NCBI GenBank assembly: GCA_963760795.1
Contig: CAVXEP010000020.1
Coordinates: forward strand, 64,001-128,000
DNA from: an uncultured delta proteobacterium
GTDB lineage: Bacteria > Desulfobacterota > Binatia > UBA9968
Direction of reading: 5' to 3'
DNA length: 64,000 bases
Shown here: piece by piece, positions 20,308-30,197 of the stretch
Layout of the letters: each line of letters begins with the position of its first letter
Numbering within the stretch: position 1 is the first letter of the stretch
Notes under the pieces: generated by a model
The model's input: the letters and a program-made list of their open reading frames with translations, nothing else
Databases searched by the model: none
Told to the model about the DNA's origin: nothing
Made by a program: the position numbers and the translations under genes

Positions 20308-21291
20308 TCATCGGATCACCCGGTCCGCCCGCGCCAGCACATTCGGCGGTATCGTCAGACCGATTTGCTGCGCCGCTTTCAGATTGACGATGAACTCGAA
20401 CTTCATCGGCTGCTCGACTGGCAAGTCGGCGGGCGTCCGACCTTTGAGAATTTTGTCGACATAGGTAGCGGCGCGCCGCATCAAGTCGGGAAAGCTGGCA
20501 CCGTAGCTCATGAGCCCGCCAGCTTCGACGAAATCGGACCTAGAGTAGGTCGCCGGTAGGCGGTTCTTCACCGCCAGTTCGATAAACTGCGTGCGATGCA
20601 GCGAGGCCAAGGGAGTCTGCAACACGAGGATTGCGTCGGCATGACCCTTGGTGGCGGCGAGGAATGCAGTCTCAACATCCTTAGGATCGAGCACATCCAG
20701 GTATTGAAGCTTCACCTTCAACGCCTTTGCGGCGAGTTCCACCTCTTGCAACGATTGTGCGTTACCCGGCTGGCGCGACGTCCCGAAAACAGCGATGCGG
20801 GAGAGCCGACGAACGATTTCCTTCATCAGCTCCAGTTGTTTGCCGCTTATCTCGGGCGCCAGTGTGGATAATCCAGTGATGTTTCCACCAGGTCGCGCGA
20901 GACTGGCGACGAACCCATTGCCGATGGGATCATTATCGAACCCCATGACAATCGGAATCGTGCTGGTCGCTTCCTTAGCACCTTTAGTATCCGCTGGCCC
21001 GGCCGTAACAATCACATCCACATTCAAACGCACCAATTCAGCTGCGAGGCCGGGGATGCGATCGAGCTTGCCCTCGGCCCAGCGGTAGTCAATGAAAATA
21101 GTTTTCCCCTCGACATAACCAAGTTCACGCAAACCCTGCTTGAACGCGTCGATGCGTGCCGCGGTCGCCGCCGGCGAAGTAGCACCCAGGTATCCGATGC
21201 GTGGGATTTTCGTTGGCTGTTGCGCGTCAGCCACGAATCCAAGTCCCAGCAATGTCACTGTGATGACGATCGACCTAACGATGTTATTCAT
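20308..21291 (-). CDS. ABC transporter substrate-binding protein (ABC_sub_bind, PF04392-like)
   Basis: QQPTKIPRIGYL, GLRELGYVEG, VASLARPGGNITG, GGLMSYG, ADLPVEQP. Confidence 0.9.
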   Translation of the reverse strand: MNNIVRSIVITVTLLGLGFVADAQQPTKIPRIGYLGATSPAATAARIDAFKQGLRELGYVEGKTIFIDYRWAEGKLDRIPGLAAELVRLNVDVIVTAGPADTKGAKEATSTIPIVMGFDNDPIGNGFVASLARPGGNITGLSTLAPEISGKQLELMKEIVRRLSRIAVFGTSRQPGNAQSLQEVELAAKALKVKLQYLDVLDPKDVETAFLAATKGHADAILVLQTPLASLHRTQFIELAVKNRLPATYSRSDFVEAGGLMSYGASFPDLMRRAATYVDKILKGRTPADLPVEQPMKFEFIVNLKAAQQIGLTIPPNVLARADRVIR

Positions 21292-21365
21292 AACTCTCCT
21301 GTAAAGTTGTGCGGTACTCCTGTAATCGAAAAGCGGTCCGCGCGGTTTCTGTTCTTATTACCCTT

Positions 21366-22350
21366 TTACTTATGAACCCGGTCCGCGCGCACCAGCACGT
21401 TCGGTGGAATCGTCAGGCCGATCTGCTTCGCCGCTTTCAGATTGACGATGAACTCGAACTTCATGGGCTGCTCCACCGGGAGGTCAGCCGGCGATCTGCC
21501 TTTCAGGATCTTGTCCACATAAGTAGCGGCGCGCCGAAACAAGTCCGGGAAGCTGGTGCCATAGGACATGAGTCCACCGGCGTCGACGTATTCTCTGAAG
21601 CTGTACATCGCCGGGTACCTGTGCTTAGCCGCAAACTCCACGATCAGTCCCCGGTTTAAGAAGACCAATGGGTCCGGCAGCTCGAAAAGTGCCTGGGGCC
21701 GTTCCGTTCCCCACGCCGGACAGGACCTTTTCAATCTCTTTCTGGTTTCGCGCCTCCATGGAGAGCAATGCCACTTTCAGCGCCTGGGCCGCCACTTGCG
21801 TGTCTTTGAAAGCGGTCGGCTGACCCGGCTGGTTTGGGTTCCATATGACACCGACGCGCAAGAGGCGTGGAAGAACTTCTTTGAGTAGCTCCAGCCGTTT
21901 GCCGCTCAAGTCAGGGGAAAGGTGGGTCAGCCCTGTGATGTTTCCACCCGGACGTGCCAGGCTGGCGACAAATCCTACTCCGACTGGATCGGTGACTCCC
22001 GCCATGACAATGGGGATGGTAGTGGTTTGTTCCTTGGCGACCCGGATCGCCGGTGTCGCCGAAGAAATTATCACATCAACCTTGGCCTGGACGAACTCAG
22101 CCACGAAACCTGGCAAGCGTTCTAACTTTCCTTCGGCCCATCGGTACTCGATCACGATGTTTTGGCCATCAACATACCCAAGCTCGCGCAGCCCCTGCAC
22201 GAATGCCTCGGCGTGATGCCCGGCAGTCTTCAACGATCCGGCCCCTACGTAACCTATTCGCGGGATCTTAGTTGGCTGTTGCGCCTCGGCGGATAAGCTA
22301 AACGTGAGGATCATGGTGCATAGAGCAACGCGATAGATTTTTCTAGTCAT
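21366..22350 (-). CDS. ABC transporter substrate-binding protein (ABC_sub_bind), tandem paralog, one frameshift near 21705
   Basis: ORFs 21625-22362 and 21366-21734 join; same motifs as 20308-21291. Confidence 0.85.
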
Positions 22351-22562
22351 GTCTGTTCTCACTTTCGATGGTTAACGCCGCAGGTTAGTCCTGCCGTTGG
22401 CTCCCTGTCAAGTTTTTCCTCCGCTGAGCATGACGCATTCGCGGTGGTGAAAACTGTTGCCTACCCATCGATTCGTGCTATGTTCCAGCCAAATTATTTC
22501 CCAGACGTGATGACGGCGGTGATCATTTCATCCTGCCATCCTTGCTCAAACGAGGAGGCCCT

Positions 22563-23725
22563 ATGCCCGGTGCACTAGATGACATTCGCGTGATCGATTT
22601 TACCCATGCTTTGAACGGCCCGTTCTGCACCATGCTGCTCGGCCATCTGGGCGCGGAGATCATCAAGATCGAACCGCCGGCGGCGACGGCTTTCGCCGGT
22701 CGTGGATGCCGCCCGACGCAAAGGTCGACGCTTACGAATTTCTCTGGATCAACGTCAACAAGAAGAGCGTCGTGCTCAATCTCAAAAGCGCTCAAGGCGC
22801 CGAGCTGGCGCGCCAGTTGATCGCCAAAGCCGATATCGTCGTCGAAAACTACCACACCGGGCAGATGGAGAAATTCGGCCTGGGCTACGAAGATTTGAAA
22901 AAGATCAACCCGCGCCTCATCTACTCTTGCACGCGCGGCTTCGGCGAGTCGGGTCCGTACAAAGACTACGGCAGCACGGCGCATACCAACAACAGCATGA
23001 CCGGCTGGACCCACACCGGCTGGGGCTACAACAAAGCGCCGGGCACCAAGGCGATCGGCATCGGCGACGAAGCCGCCGGCGTCAGCATGGTTTGCGGCAT
23101 TCTCGCGGCGCTGCATGCGCGGGAGAAATCCGGCGAAGGGCAAAGAATCGTCGTGTCGATGCAGGAAGCGCTGTTGGGTTTCATGATCAGCGAGTTTCAC
23201 GAGCATTTCGTCGGCATCGAAGTCGGCAACTATCCGGTGCCGGCGGCGGACGGTTATTTCACGCTGCGCATACCGGATATCAGCGACAGCGGCTGGGCAA
23301 AGCTCGCGAAATTAATGGAACGCGAAGATCTGCTCGCCGACCCGCGCTTCGCCGACGCGCCGGCGCGCAAGCAGAACCGCGGGCAATTGAACGACCTGAT
23401 CAAAGCCTGGGCGAAAACCAAAACCCGCCAGGAACTTTGGCAAGGACTGCGCCACATCGACTACTTCGGCGCGCCGGTGCTGTCGATGGGCGAAGTCATC
23501 GAAGACGAGCATATCAAAGAACGCAAAGCCTTCATCGACAGGAATCACCCAGTCGCCGGCCCAACCAAACTCTTGGCGCCGTGGATTCACATGTCGAAGA
23601 CGCCAGCCAGCATCCGCGACGACGCCCCGCTGCTCGGCCAGCACACCGATGATGTTTTGGCAAAAGTCTTGGGCTTGAGCGCCACGCAGTTAAGCGCCCT
23701 GCGCGCGGAGAACGTGATTAAATAA
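22563..23725 (+). CDS. Family III CoA-transferase (CaiB/BaiF), copy 2, one frameshift near 22680
   Basis: ATG after GGAGG; nearly identical N-terminus to copy 1 ([30 protein letters not shown]); IGDEAAG. Confidence 0.9.
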
Positions 23726-23779
23726 CCGCGACGAAGTAAACAAAGCATTTCGCGTCCGGGGGATTAACCCTGCGCGCGA

Positions 23780-23841
23780 CCAAAGGGGTTGCTCGCCCCC
23801 TTTGGATTCCCGATTTAATGGCGCCCGCAGCAAGCTGCGGG
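23780..23841. repeat. Two intergenic hairpins (ccaaagggg-ttgctcgc-cccctttgg; cccgcagc-aa-gctgcggg)
   Basis: Read directly; the first has a close relative at about 38323-38346. Confidence 0.6.
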
Positions 23842-23891
23842 GAATGTTTAGATGCAACTCTTCATCCGTCTAGCGAAAGCGGAGGTGAACG

Positions 23892-24923
23892 ATGTCTCGT
23901 TTAACTCGTAGGGGTTTTCCTGGTCGGGCGTTAATGCTCGGGTGCTCCTTCGCCTCTCTGTCCCTGTCCCTGTTTCACCCCGCAAGCGTAGCGGCCCAGA
24001 CCAAGCCGCTCAAACATATCTACGTCGGCATCTCCTCGGTCAGCATGGGCAACATCATCATCTTCGTGACCAAGGAAGCCAAACTCTATGAAAAGTACGG
24101 ACTCTATGCCGATCCGGTCGCCATGCGCGGCTCGGGCGAATCGTCCAAGGCGATGATCGGCGGCAGCATCCAATTTTCCCCCATCGCCACGCCGACAGTG
24201 ATCAACGCCGGCCTGTCGGGCGCCGATCTGGTGATCCTCGGCCATACCATGCCGGGCGTCGTTCATGCCATGGTCGTCAAGCCGGAAATCAAAAGAGTCG
24301 AAGATCTTAAAGGCAAGAAGATCGGCGTCACCACTTTCGGTTCGCTCACCGATTTTCTCGTCCAATTCCATCTGCGCAAGAAAGGGCTTAACCCCCAGCG
24401 CGACGTCGCGCTGATCCAGATCGGCGGCGATCCCGAGCGCATCGGCGCGCTCAAGCAAGGCTCCATCGACGCCGCGTCGCTGTCATTTCCCGGTTACGGC
24501 ATCGCCACCAAGATGGGTTTCCCAATTCTCTGGGATTCGGCGAAAGAGATCGATTATCCGTGGATCGAGATCACCACAAGGCGCTCGATCATTCAGAAAG
24601 ACCGCGAGATGGTGATGAATTACATGAAGGCGCATCTGGAAGCGACCGCGCTATTCAAACGTGACCGCGAGTTCGGCAAGAAAGTGATCAAGAAAGCTCT
24701 GCGTCTGGACAATGAAGAACTGGTCAACGAATCCTACGATATTTTTTCCAAGGCGTTCCTGCCTACGCCCTATCCCAACACGGCAGGGATGAAAACCAGC
24801 TTCGAATACGTCGCCGCCACCCGCCCCGAAGTCCTGGACCACAAACCGGAAGAGTATGTCGACCGCAGCTTCGTCGAAGAGCTCGACAAAAGCGGCTTCA
24901 TCAAAAAGCTCTATGAGAAGTGA
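23892..24923 (+). CDS. ABC substrate-binding protein, NitT/TauT (SsuA/THI5-like)
   Basis: Tat-like RRGF leader; DLKGKKIGVTTFGSLTD, VALIQIGG, DRSFVEELDKSGFI. Confidence 0.88.
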   Translation: MSRLTRRGFPGRALMLGCSFASLSLSLFHPASVAAQTKPLKHIYVGISSVSMGNIIIFVTKEAKLYEKYGLYADPVAMRGSGESSKAMIGGSIQFSPIATPTVINAGLSGADLVILGHTMPGVVHAMVVKPEIKRVEDLKGKKIGVTTFGSLTDFLVQFHLRKKGLNPQRDVALIQIGGDPERIGALKQGSIDAASLSFPGYGIATKMGFPILWDSAKEIDYPWIEITTRRSIIQKDREMVMNYMKAHLEATALFKRDREFGKKVIKKALRLDNEELVNESYDIFSKAFLPTPYPNTAGMKTSFEYVAATRPEVLDHKPEEYVDRSFVEELDKSGFIKKLYEK

Positions 24924-24932
24924 ACTGAGCGG

Positions 24933-25013
24933 ACCGACGACGTGTTGGGAAAAGTCCTGGGCTTGAGCGCCGCGCAGTTAAGCGAACTGCGCGGCGGGAA
25001 CGTCATCAAGTAG
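24933..25013 (+). pseudogene. Diverged copy of the last 27 codons of CoA-transferase copy 2 (23645-23725)
   Basis: Translates TDDVLGKVLGLSAAQLSELRGGNVIK* versus [26 protein letters not shown]; 15 differences in 81 nt by manual count, no indels. Confidence 0.9.
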
Positions 25014-25083
25014 CACATTGTAATTCTAGTCAGCCGAGAGAAATACCATTCTCAGAATCCGGTCTTCGCCCAGGGAGCTTCGT

Positions 25084-26184
25084 TTACCGCAAGAACTCTT
25101 TTTGAAAATAATCGGTCCACTCGTTGGCCTTTTCATGCATCACTTCCGGGGTGATGTAGCTGGCGCGCTTGAATCGTCCGCCGCCGGGCTTGAGATCGGC
25201 TTGGCGTGCCGGGACCTCCGGATGGGACGGCAGGTAGTTGGCCGCTTGCATGATCCGTTGGCCTTTGCGCGACAGGATGAAGTCGAGAAACAACATCGCC
25301 GCATGGGGATGGGGCGAATTTTTCGCCAGGCCGATGGTGCTGATGGTCGCGGTCACCGGCTCCAACGGCAACCACTCCACCGGCGCGCCGGCGGCTTTGC
25401 TGATGTAAGCATGGTGATTAAAAATCTGCAGCGCCATTGGATACTCGCCGGCGATCACCAGGTCGAGCACCTGGCGCGCGCTGGCGGTGCTCTTGGCGAT
25501 ATTTTGCATCTTCAACTTTTGTAAGTAGGCTTTGCCGGCTTCTTGTCCCATGGTGAGGAGAATGTGGCCGATGAACTGCGGCCCGCCCGAGCCGCGGCTA
25601 GTCGACCACATGATCTGCCCTTTCCAGCGCGGGTGGAGCAAGTCATCGTAGCTCTTCGGCACATCGGCCGCGCGGACGTTGCGCGTATTGTAGGCCGCGG
25701 TCATGAAATAAACGTTGCTGCTCGCCCAAAAGCCTTTGGGATCTTTGAGTTCGTTGGGGTACTCGGCCAGCTGCGGCGAATAGAAACGCTGCATGAAACC
25801 CGCCTGCTGGATCATCGTCGTCGAACCGCTACCGCTGATCAGATCGACATCGAAGCGCTTGGCCTGATATTCGAGCAGCATCTTTTGCGCGACCCGTTCC
25901 GAGTTGCCGCGAAAAAAATCCAGCTGAATAAACGGATAGTCTTTCTCGAATGCCTCCTTGAGCGGCCGCACCACCTGGTCGACAATCAGTCCGGTGTAAA
26001 AAGTAACCTTGCCCTCTTTCTTGGCGCCTTCGACGAGAATCTTCTCGCGGCCCGGCGACTTGAGCAGCGCGATGTCTTCCACCGTGGCTGCTAACGGATT
26101 TGCCCCCGGTAGCATCGCGACGCCGAGGCAAACGGCCAGGAACAACTTTAACGACCGATATCCTCTGAGATTCATCATGATCAT
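25084..26184 (-). CDS. Extracellular solute-binding protein, paralog group A
   Basis: VEDIALLKSPGREKILVEGAKKEGKVTFYTGLIVDQVVRP; IFNHHA; start uncertain (26175-26214). Confidence 0.88.
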   Translation of the reverse strand: MIMMNLRGYRSLKLFLAVCLGVAMLPGANPLAATVEDIALLKSPGREKILVEGAKKEGKVTFYTGLIVDQVVRPLKEAFEKDYPFIQLDFFRGNSERVAQKMLLEYQAKRFDVDLISGSGSTTMIQQAGFMQRFYSPQLAEYPNELKDPKGFWASSNVYFMTAAYNTRNVRAADVPKSYDDLLHPRWKGQIMWSTSRGSGGPQFIGHILLTMGQEAGKAYLQKLKMQNIAKSTASARQVLDLVIAGEYPMALQIFNHHAYISKAAGAPVEWLPLEPVTATISTIGLAKNSPHPHAAMLFLDFILSRKGQRIMQAANYLPSHPEVPARQADLKPGGGRFKRASYITPEVMHEKANEWTDYFQKEFLR

Positions 26185-26235
26185 TTTCCCCTTGCCCCTG
26201 TAATCGTTACCCATGTAAGTCGTGCCTGAACACGC

Positions 26236-26390
26236 AATCCTCCGTTACCCCTCTTTGGCAAAGAGGGGCAGGGGAGATTTTTGGGCTCGCGCGAGCCCAT
26301 CGTCCCACAGGACAATCTGGCTGCTAACAAGACAACCGCCCTACCGCACAACCAAATCCCCCTCGATCTCCCTTTTCCAAAGGGAGAAGA
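26236..26390. repeat. Pair of CCCCTTT...AAAGGGG-type hairpin elements
   Basis: cccctcttt-ggc-aaagagggg and tctccctt-ttcc-aaagggaga with aaatcccc/ggggagattt flanks. Confidence 0.6.
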
Positions 26391-26527
26391 GATCACAAAG
26401 AACCTTCTGCCCCCTCCCTCCGTGTCCAGCGAGTGACATGTAATGCAAGAGAAGTTGCCGTCGATGCGCTGTAGAAATTTACCACGAACTAATCTTGGCG
26501 CCGTCGCATTTCAAGTTAACCGCCGAT

Positions 26528-26554
26528 TTGACAGCTCCGACACGCTGCCATAAT
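26528..26554 (+). promoter_or_regulatory. Candidate sigma70 promoter (TTGACA ... extended -10 TGcCATAAT)
   Basis: Upstream of the amidohydrolase at 26591; spacer only 15 bp. Confidence 0.4.
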
Positions 26555-26590
26555 TTGCCTGGTGAATCATTAAGAGAGAAGGAAACAGGT

Positions 26591-27679
26591 ATGCGCGTGA
26601 TCGATTGCGACGCCCATGTCGAAGAGTGTGTCGAGACTTGGCAATTTCTCGACCCGGAATTTTATTTGTTAAGACCGATACCGGTGACGTTTCCCGAAGA
26701 CACCTGCTTCGGCTGGCATAACGCCGCCTGGGTGATCGACTACAAGCTGCGCTTCTTTGCCGCGAATCCGACCACCATGAAGCGCGCCGGGGAAAAAGAC
26801 GTGTCGATCCCGGTGCAGGAAATGCGCGATGTCAAGACTCGCCTGCGCCACATGGACGAGTTGGGCATCGACACTCAAGTGGTTTTTCCGTCGATTTGGC
26901 TTGGCTGCTTGGCCGAGAACGTCGAACTCGAAGCCGCGCTGGCGCGCAGCTACAATCAATTCATGGCGACTCAGTGCGCCCAGTCCGGCGGGAGAATTTG
27001 CTACGTCGCCATTGTGCCGTGGCGCCGTCCTGACATGGCGGTAACGGAAATTCGCCGGGTCAAAACTCTCGGCTGCGCCGCCGGCATCTATGCCCGCGGC
27101 ATCGAATGGGACCGGCCGCTCACCCATCCCGACCACTGGCCGATCTACGAAGAGGCGGCGAATCAAGATTTACCGGTCACGGTCCATGTCGGCAACGGTT
27201 CGAGTCCGATGATCCGCGAAATGTTCCAGGGCGTGCCGCGGCCGACCTACGAAGACGGCAAGCCCCATGTCCATCCCTTGGGTAAAGGCATCGTCAGCGG
27301 CCCTTACGTGCTCTACGCCTTTCAACAAATTCTCGGCTCTAGGCTGCTCGAAGATTTTCCCAAGCTGCGCGTCGCTTTCTTGGAAGCCGGCTCGGAGTGG
27401 ACAGTGCAACTGATCAAAGGCCTGCGCGGCCAGAACGGCGCGAAGATAGATCAATGGCTCGCCGAACGGGTCTTCGTATCCTGCGCCATGGACGACGACC
27501 TGCCGTACATCATCGGCAAGAACGGCGACGATTTTCTCGTCACCGCAACCGACTTTCCCCATGGCGATGCGTTCCGCCAAGATCATCTGGCCAACGGATT
27601 AAAGGCGCGCGGCGATCTGAGCGCCAGGACGATGGAGAAAATCCTCTCGGCAAATCCGCAGCGGTTGTTTCATTTTTAA
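26591..27679 (+). CDS. Amidohydrolase family protein (Amidohydro_2)
   Basis: VIDCDAHV, QVVFPS, TVHVG, LEAGSEW, ATDFPHGD, ILSANPQRLF. Confidence 0.88.
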   Translation: MRVIDCDAHVEECVETWQFLDPEFYLLRPIPVTFPEDTCFGWHNAAWVIDYKLRFFAANPTTMKRAGEKDVSIPVQEMRDVKTRLRHMDELGIDTQVVFPSIWLGCLAENVELEAALARSYNQFMATQCAQSGGRICYVAIVPWRRPDMAVTEIRRVKTLGCAAGIYARGIEWDRPLTHPDHWPIYEEAANQDLPVTVHVGNGSSPMIREMFQGVPRPTYEDGKPHVHPLGKGIVSGPYVLYAFQQILGSRLLEDFPKLRVAFLEAGSEWTVQLIKGLRGQNGAKIDQWLAERVFVSCAMDDDLPYIIGKNGDDFLVTATDFPHGDAFRQDHLANGLKARGDLSARTMEKILSANPQRLFHF

Positions 27680-27681
27680 CT

Positions 27682-27705
27682 GTAGCAGCGACCGGCGGGT
27701 CGCCC
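27682..27705 (+). repeat. GTAG-family REP
   Basis: GTAGca-gcgacc-ggcg-ggtcgc directly after the stop codon; related to 33613-33640. Confidence 0.55.
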
Positions 27706-27757
27706 GCGGGCCAAGCCGCACGCTTAAGGTTTCACGACCACAGCTGGATTGGGCAAC

Positions 27758-29761
27758 TCAGTTGGTTTTCCAATTCCTGGCCAACCGGAAAATTTCGGCG
27801 GAACGAAAGATCTCCAACAACGCATCGTCGACTAAGCCACGCTTAGCCTCGTCGTGCAGGATATCGAGGGCCCGCTCCCACGGCACGGCCGGTTTGTAGG
27901 GCCGGTCGCCAGCCGACAGCGCGTCGTAAATATCGGCGATGGTCATCATCTTCGACTGCATCGGGATATCCTGCGCCGCCAGACTGTGCGGATAACCCGT
28001 GCCATCGAGTTTCTCATGATGCGCCGCGGCGATCTCGGCGACGTTCTTGATCTCCTTGGTCCAGGGGATTTGCCGTAGGAAATTCTGCGTGTGATCGACA
28101 TGGGATTGAATTTGCAAGCGTTCCGCCTCGTCGAGACTGCCCTGCGGGATCGCCAACAGCCGCGCCTCCTGCGGCAACAATAGCGCCAAGGGTCGCCCAT
28201 CGGCGTCGGCGACTTGCCGCGCTGCCCCCAGGGCCAAGCGCGCAAAGTTACCTTCATGTAACAGCGTCGGCTCGTTGCAGCGAACGATAAACCCTAGCAG
28301 CTCGTCGAGTTCCAGCAGCTCGGCTGCCAATTCGCCCTGGAACCCCACCTGCTGGCGCAGAAACTCGTCCCGCCCTTTGTCGAGTAGGTAAGCAAGCCGG
28401 CGTTCGCTCTGCGCGTGTTCTAAAGCTTTGCGCGCGTAGGCAAAGCGTTGTTGGATCAGTTCGAGCTGGCCGGGATAAAGCTTTTTGGCTTTGACCAGCA
28501 CCTGTTCGCGCACACCGACCTTGCCGAAGTCATGCAGCAGCGAGGCGTAGCGTATCTCCTTCATCTCATCGCGGCTGAAGCGAACTTTGCGAAATGGCGC
28601 GGTGTCGGCGCGGTCTACGGCTTGCGCCAGGCCGAGGGTCAGATCGGCGACGCGAAAGGAATGGCCGGACGTGGTCGGGTCGCGCGATTCGATGGCCGTG
28701 ACCGACGCACGCACGAAACCCTCGAAGAGAGTCTCGATGCTTTCATAGAGCCGGATGTTCTCCACCGCCACCGCGGCCTGGCTCGCCAGGGAACGCAACA
28801 TCGGCCGGCATTGCTCGGGGAAGGGCACCACCACCGCATCCACGCTCCGTTGGTCAACGCGCAGCGTCGCGTCGCGTTTGCAATTGATCAATTGCACCAC
28901 GCCGATGATTTCCCCTTGGGGATTTTTCATCGGCACGGCGAGCATCGATTTGCAGCGATAGCCGTATTCCTCGTCATAGCTGGTATTGAAAGTGAACGGC
29001 AAGTCGCAAGGAATTTGATAAACATTGTCCAATACCAACTCCGTGCCGGTAAGCGCGACGTATCCAGCGATACTGGTATGATCGATCGGCAAATAGGTCT
29101 CGGCCATAGGCTCTTGGATGCTGTCGTTTTGCGTCTGGGTAAAACGCAACCGGTGCCCGCCATCGCCGTCGTCCTCGACCAAGTACAGTGACCCGGCGTC
29201 GCTCTGACTAATCTCCCGGCTTTTCTGCAGGATCAAATTGAGCAGCGATTCGCGGTCATGCTGAGACGACAGCGCGATGCCGATCTCATTGAGCCGGTCG
29301 ATCTCGCTCTGAGTGCGCTGAACTTGTTTTTCAATCTCGCTCTGCCGGCGCCACAGCAATAGATTATCAAAGGCAGTGCGAATCTGGCTGCCCAAGACCG
29401 GCGCCGGCGCGGCGATCTGCACGACCGCGAAAATCGGCAGGCCGCTCGCGTGTGGCAATACCTCGTCACCCGGGCCGGCAACGTATAACAGTCGCGCGCG
29501 ATGGTCACGGATCGCCGCGCGCCAACTTTCATTGAGCAACTCCAGCCGGTCGACCAATGCCACCGCAAGACCGCCCTCCCCAGCGGGACAATTTTCCGCC
29601 AGCGGCAGAATCCGCCAGTGAGGATCAAGTCCGCTGAGCGACGGTGCCCAGTCGTCATACTGATAATAAACTTGCCGGCCGAGGCCAGCTTGAAGGAAAT
29701 CTCCGCCGCTTTGGGTTTGCGCGGTATCACTCGCGCGAGCAGATGGATCGTTAAATTTCAT
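27758..29761 (-). CDS. GAF domain / HD-GYP cyclic-di-nucleotide phosphodiesterase
   Basis: GAF (DAGSLYL, SIAGYVA, SMLAVPM, IIGVVQLIN); RDPTTSGHS, LLHDFGK, HHEKLDGTGYP, IADIYDAL...RPYK. Confidence 0.92.
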   Translation of the reverse strand: MKFNDPSARASDTAQTQSGGDFLQAGLGRQVYYQYDDWAPSLSGLDPHWRILPLAENCPAGEGGLAVALVDRLELLNESWRAAIRDHRARLLYVAGPGDEVLPHASGLPIFAVVQIAAPAPVLGSQIRTAFDNLLLWRRQSEIEKQVQRTQSEIDRLNEIGIALSSQHDRESLLNLILQKSREISQSDAGSLYLVEDDGDGGHRLRFTQTQNDSIQEPMAETYLPIDHTSIAGYVALTGTELVLDNVYQIPCDLPFTFNTSYDEEYGYRCKSMLAVPMKNPQGEIIGVVQLINCKRDATLRVDQRSVDAVVVPFPEQCRPMLRSLASQAAVAVENIRLYESIETLFEGFVRASVTAIESRDPTTSGHSFRVADLTLGLAQAVDRADTAPFRKVRFSRDEMKEIRYASLLHDFGKVGVREQVLVKAKKLYPGQLELIQQRFAYARKALEHAQSERRLAYLLDKGRDEFLRQQVGFQGELAAELLELDELLGFIVRCNEPTLLHEGNFARLALGAARQVADADGRPLALLLPQEARLLAIPQGSLDEAERLQIQSHVDHTQNFLRQIPWTKEIKNVAEIAAAHHEKLDGTGYPHSLAAQDIPMQSKMMTIADIYDALSAGDRPYKPAVPWERALDILHDEAKRGLVDDALLEIFRSAEIFRLARNWKTN

Positions 29762-30094
29762 GGCAATTACGCTACCGTTCGGCCAATGACCGGATAATAA
29801 CTATGTAGCGGCAGCCTACTCAACCAGCTAGGGTCAGGCCCAAACAGGAACGATCTTGACGCTCGGATTTCTCCGCCAAGGTATCGATAAAGGGACGCAG
29901 ACATTGCGACCGGCGAAATACTCTCTTTCTAAGTCAGCCACTGATCCAGGCAAAAGACGAGAATGACAGCCGCGCCATCGCCACTGACGATTTTGGTCCT
30001 CCCACTGGGCTTCCCCCGCCAACCCGATCTGACTCACAGCTGAAAATTTTGACAACCGGGGTTCGCCACGACGCATGCAGATTCGCCTGTCGAG

Positions 30095-30110
30095 TGGCAT
30101 GAGGCGTGCT
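30095..30110 (+). promoter_or_regulatory. Candidate sigma54 (-24/-12) promoter
   Basis: TGGCATGAGGCGTGCT = GG-N10-GC, about 90 bp upstream of the peptidase start. Confidence 0.5.
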
Positions 30111-30197
30111 CTTTCTCAAACACCAAAACATATTGGCTTCACCAACTCCCGGCGGACTCCCGTCCTGGATCTATGAACAGTGGAAAGGATCGCAACT

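Noticed and set aside
20296-21659. Similar-looking plus-strand ORFs 20296-20559 and 21309-21659 as a small protein family
   Set aside because: They are antisense shadows of the conserved 3' ends of the two ABC_sub_bind genes.
17469-25013. Integrative element with attL/attR or an IS target-site duplication explaining the ~80-bp direct repeats
   Set aside because: The repeats are diverged, largely at synonymous sites, and no recombinase or transposase is encoded; kept as a different kind of scar.
29860-29990. Cyclic-di-GMP-I riboswitch (gggacgca, atgacagcc fragments) next to the HD-GYP gene
   Set aside because: I could not find the GGCAAAC/GAAA tetraloop-receptor arrangement; an Rfam scan is needed.
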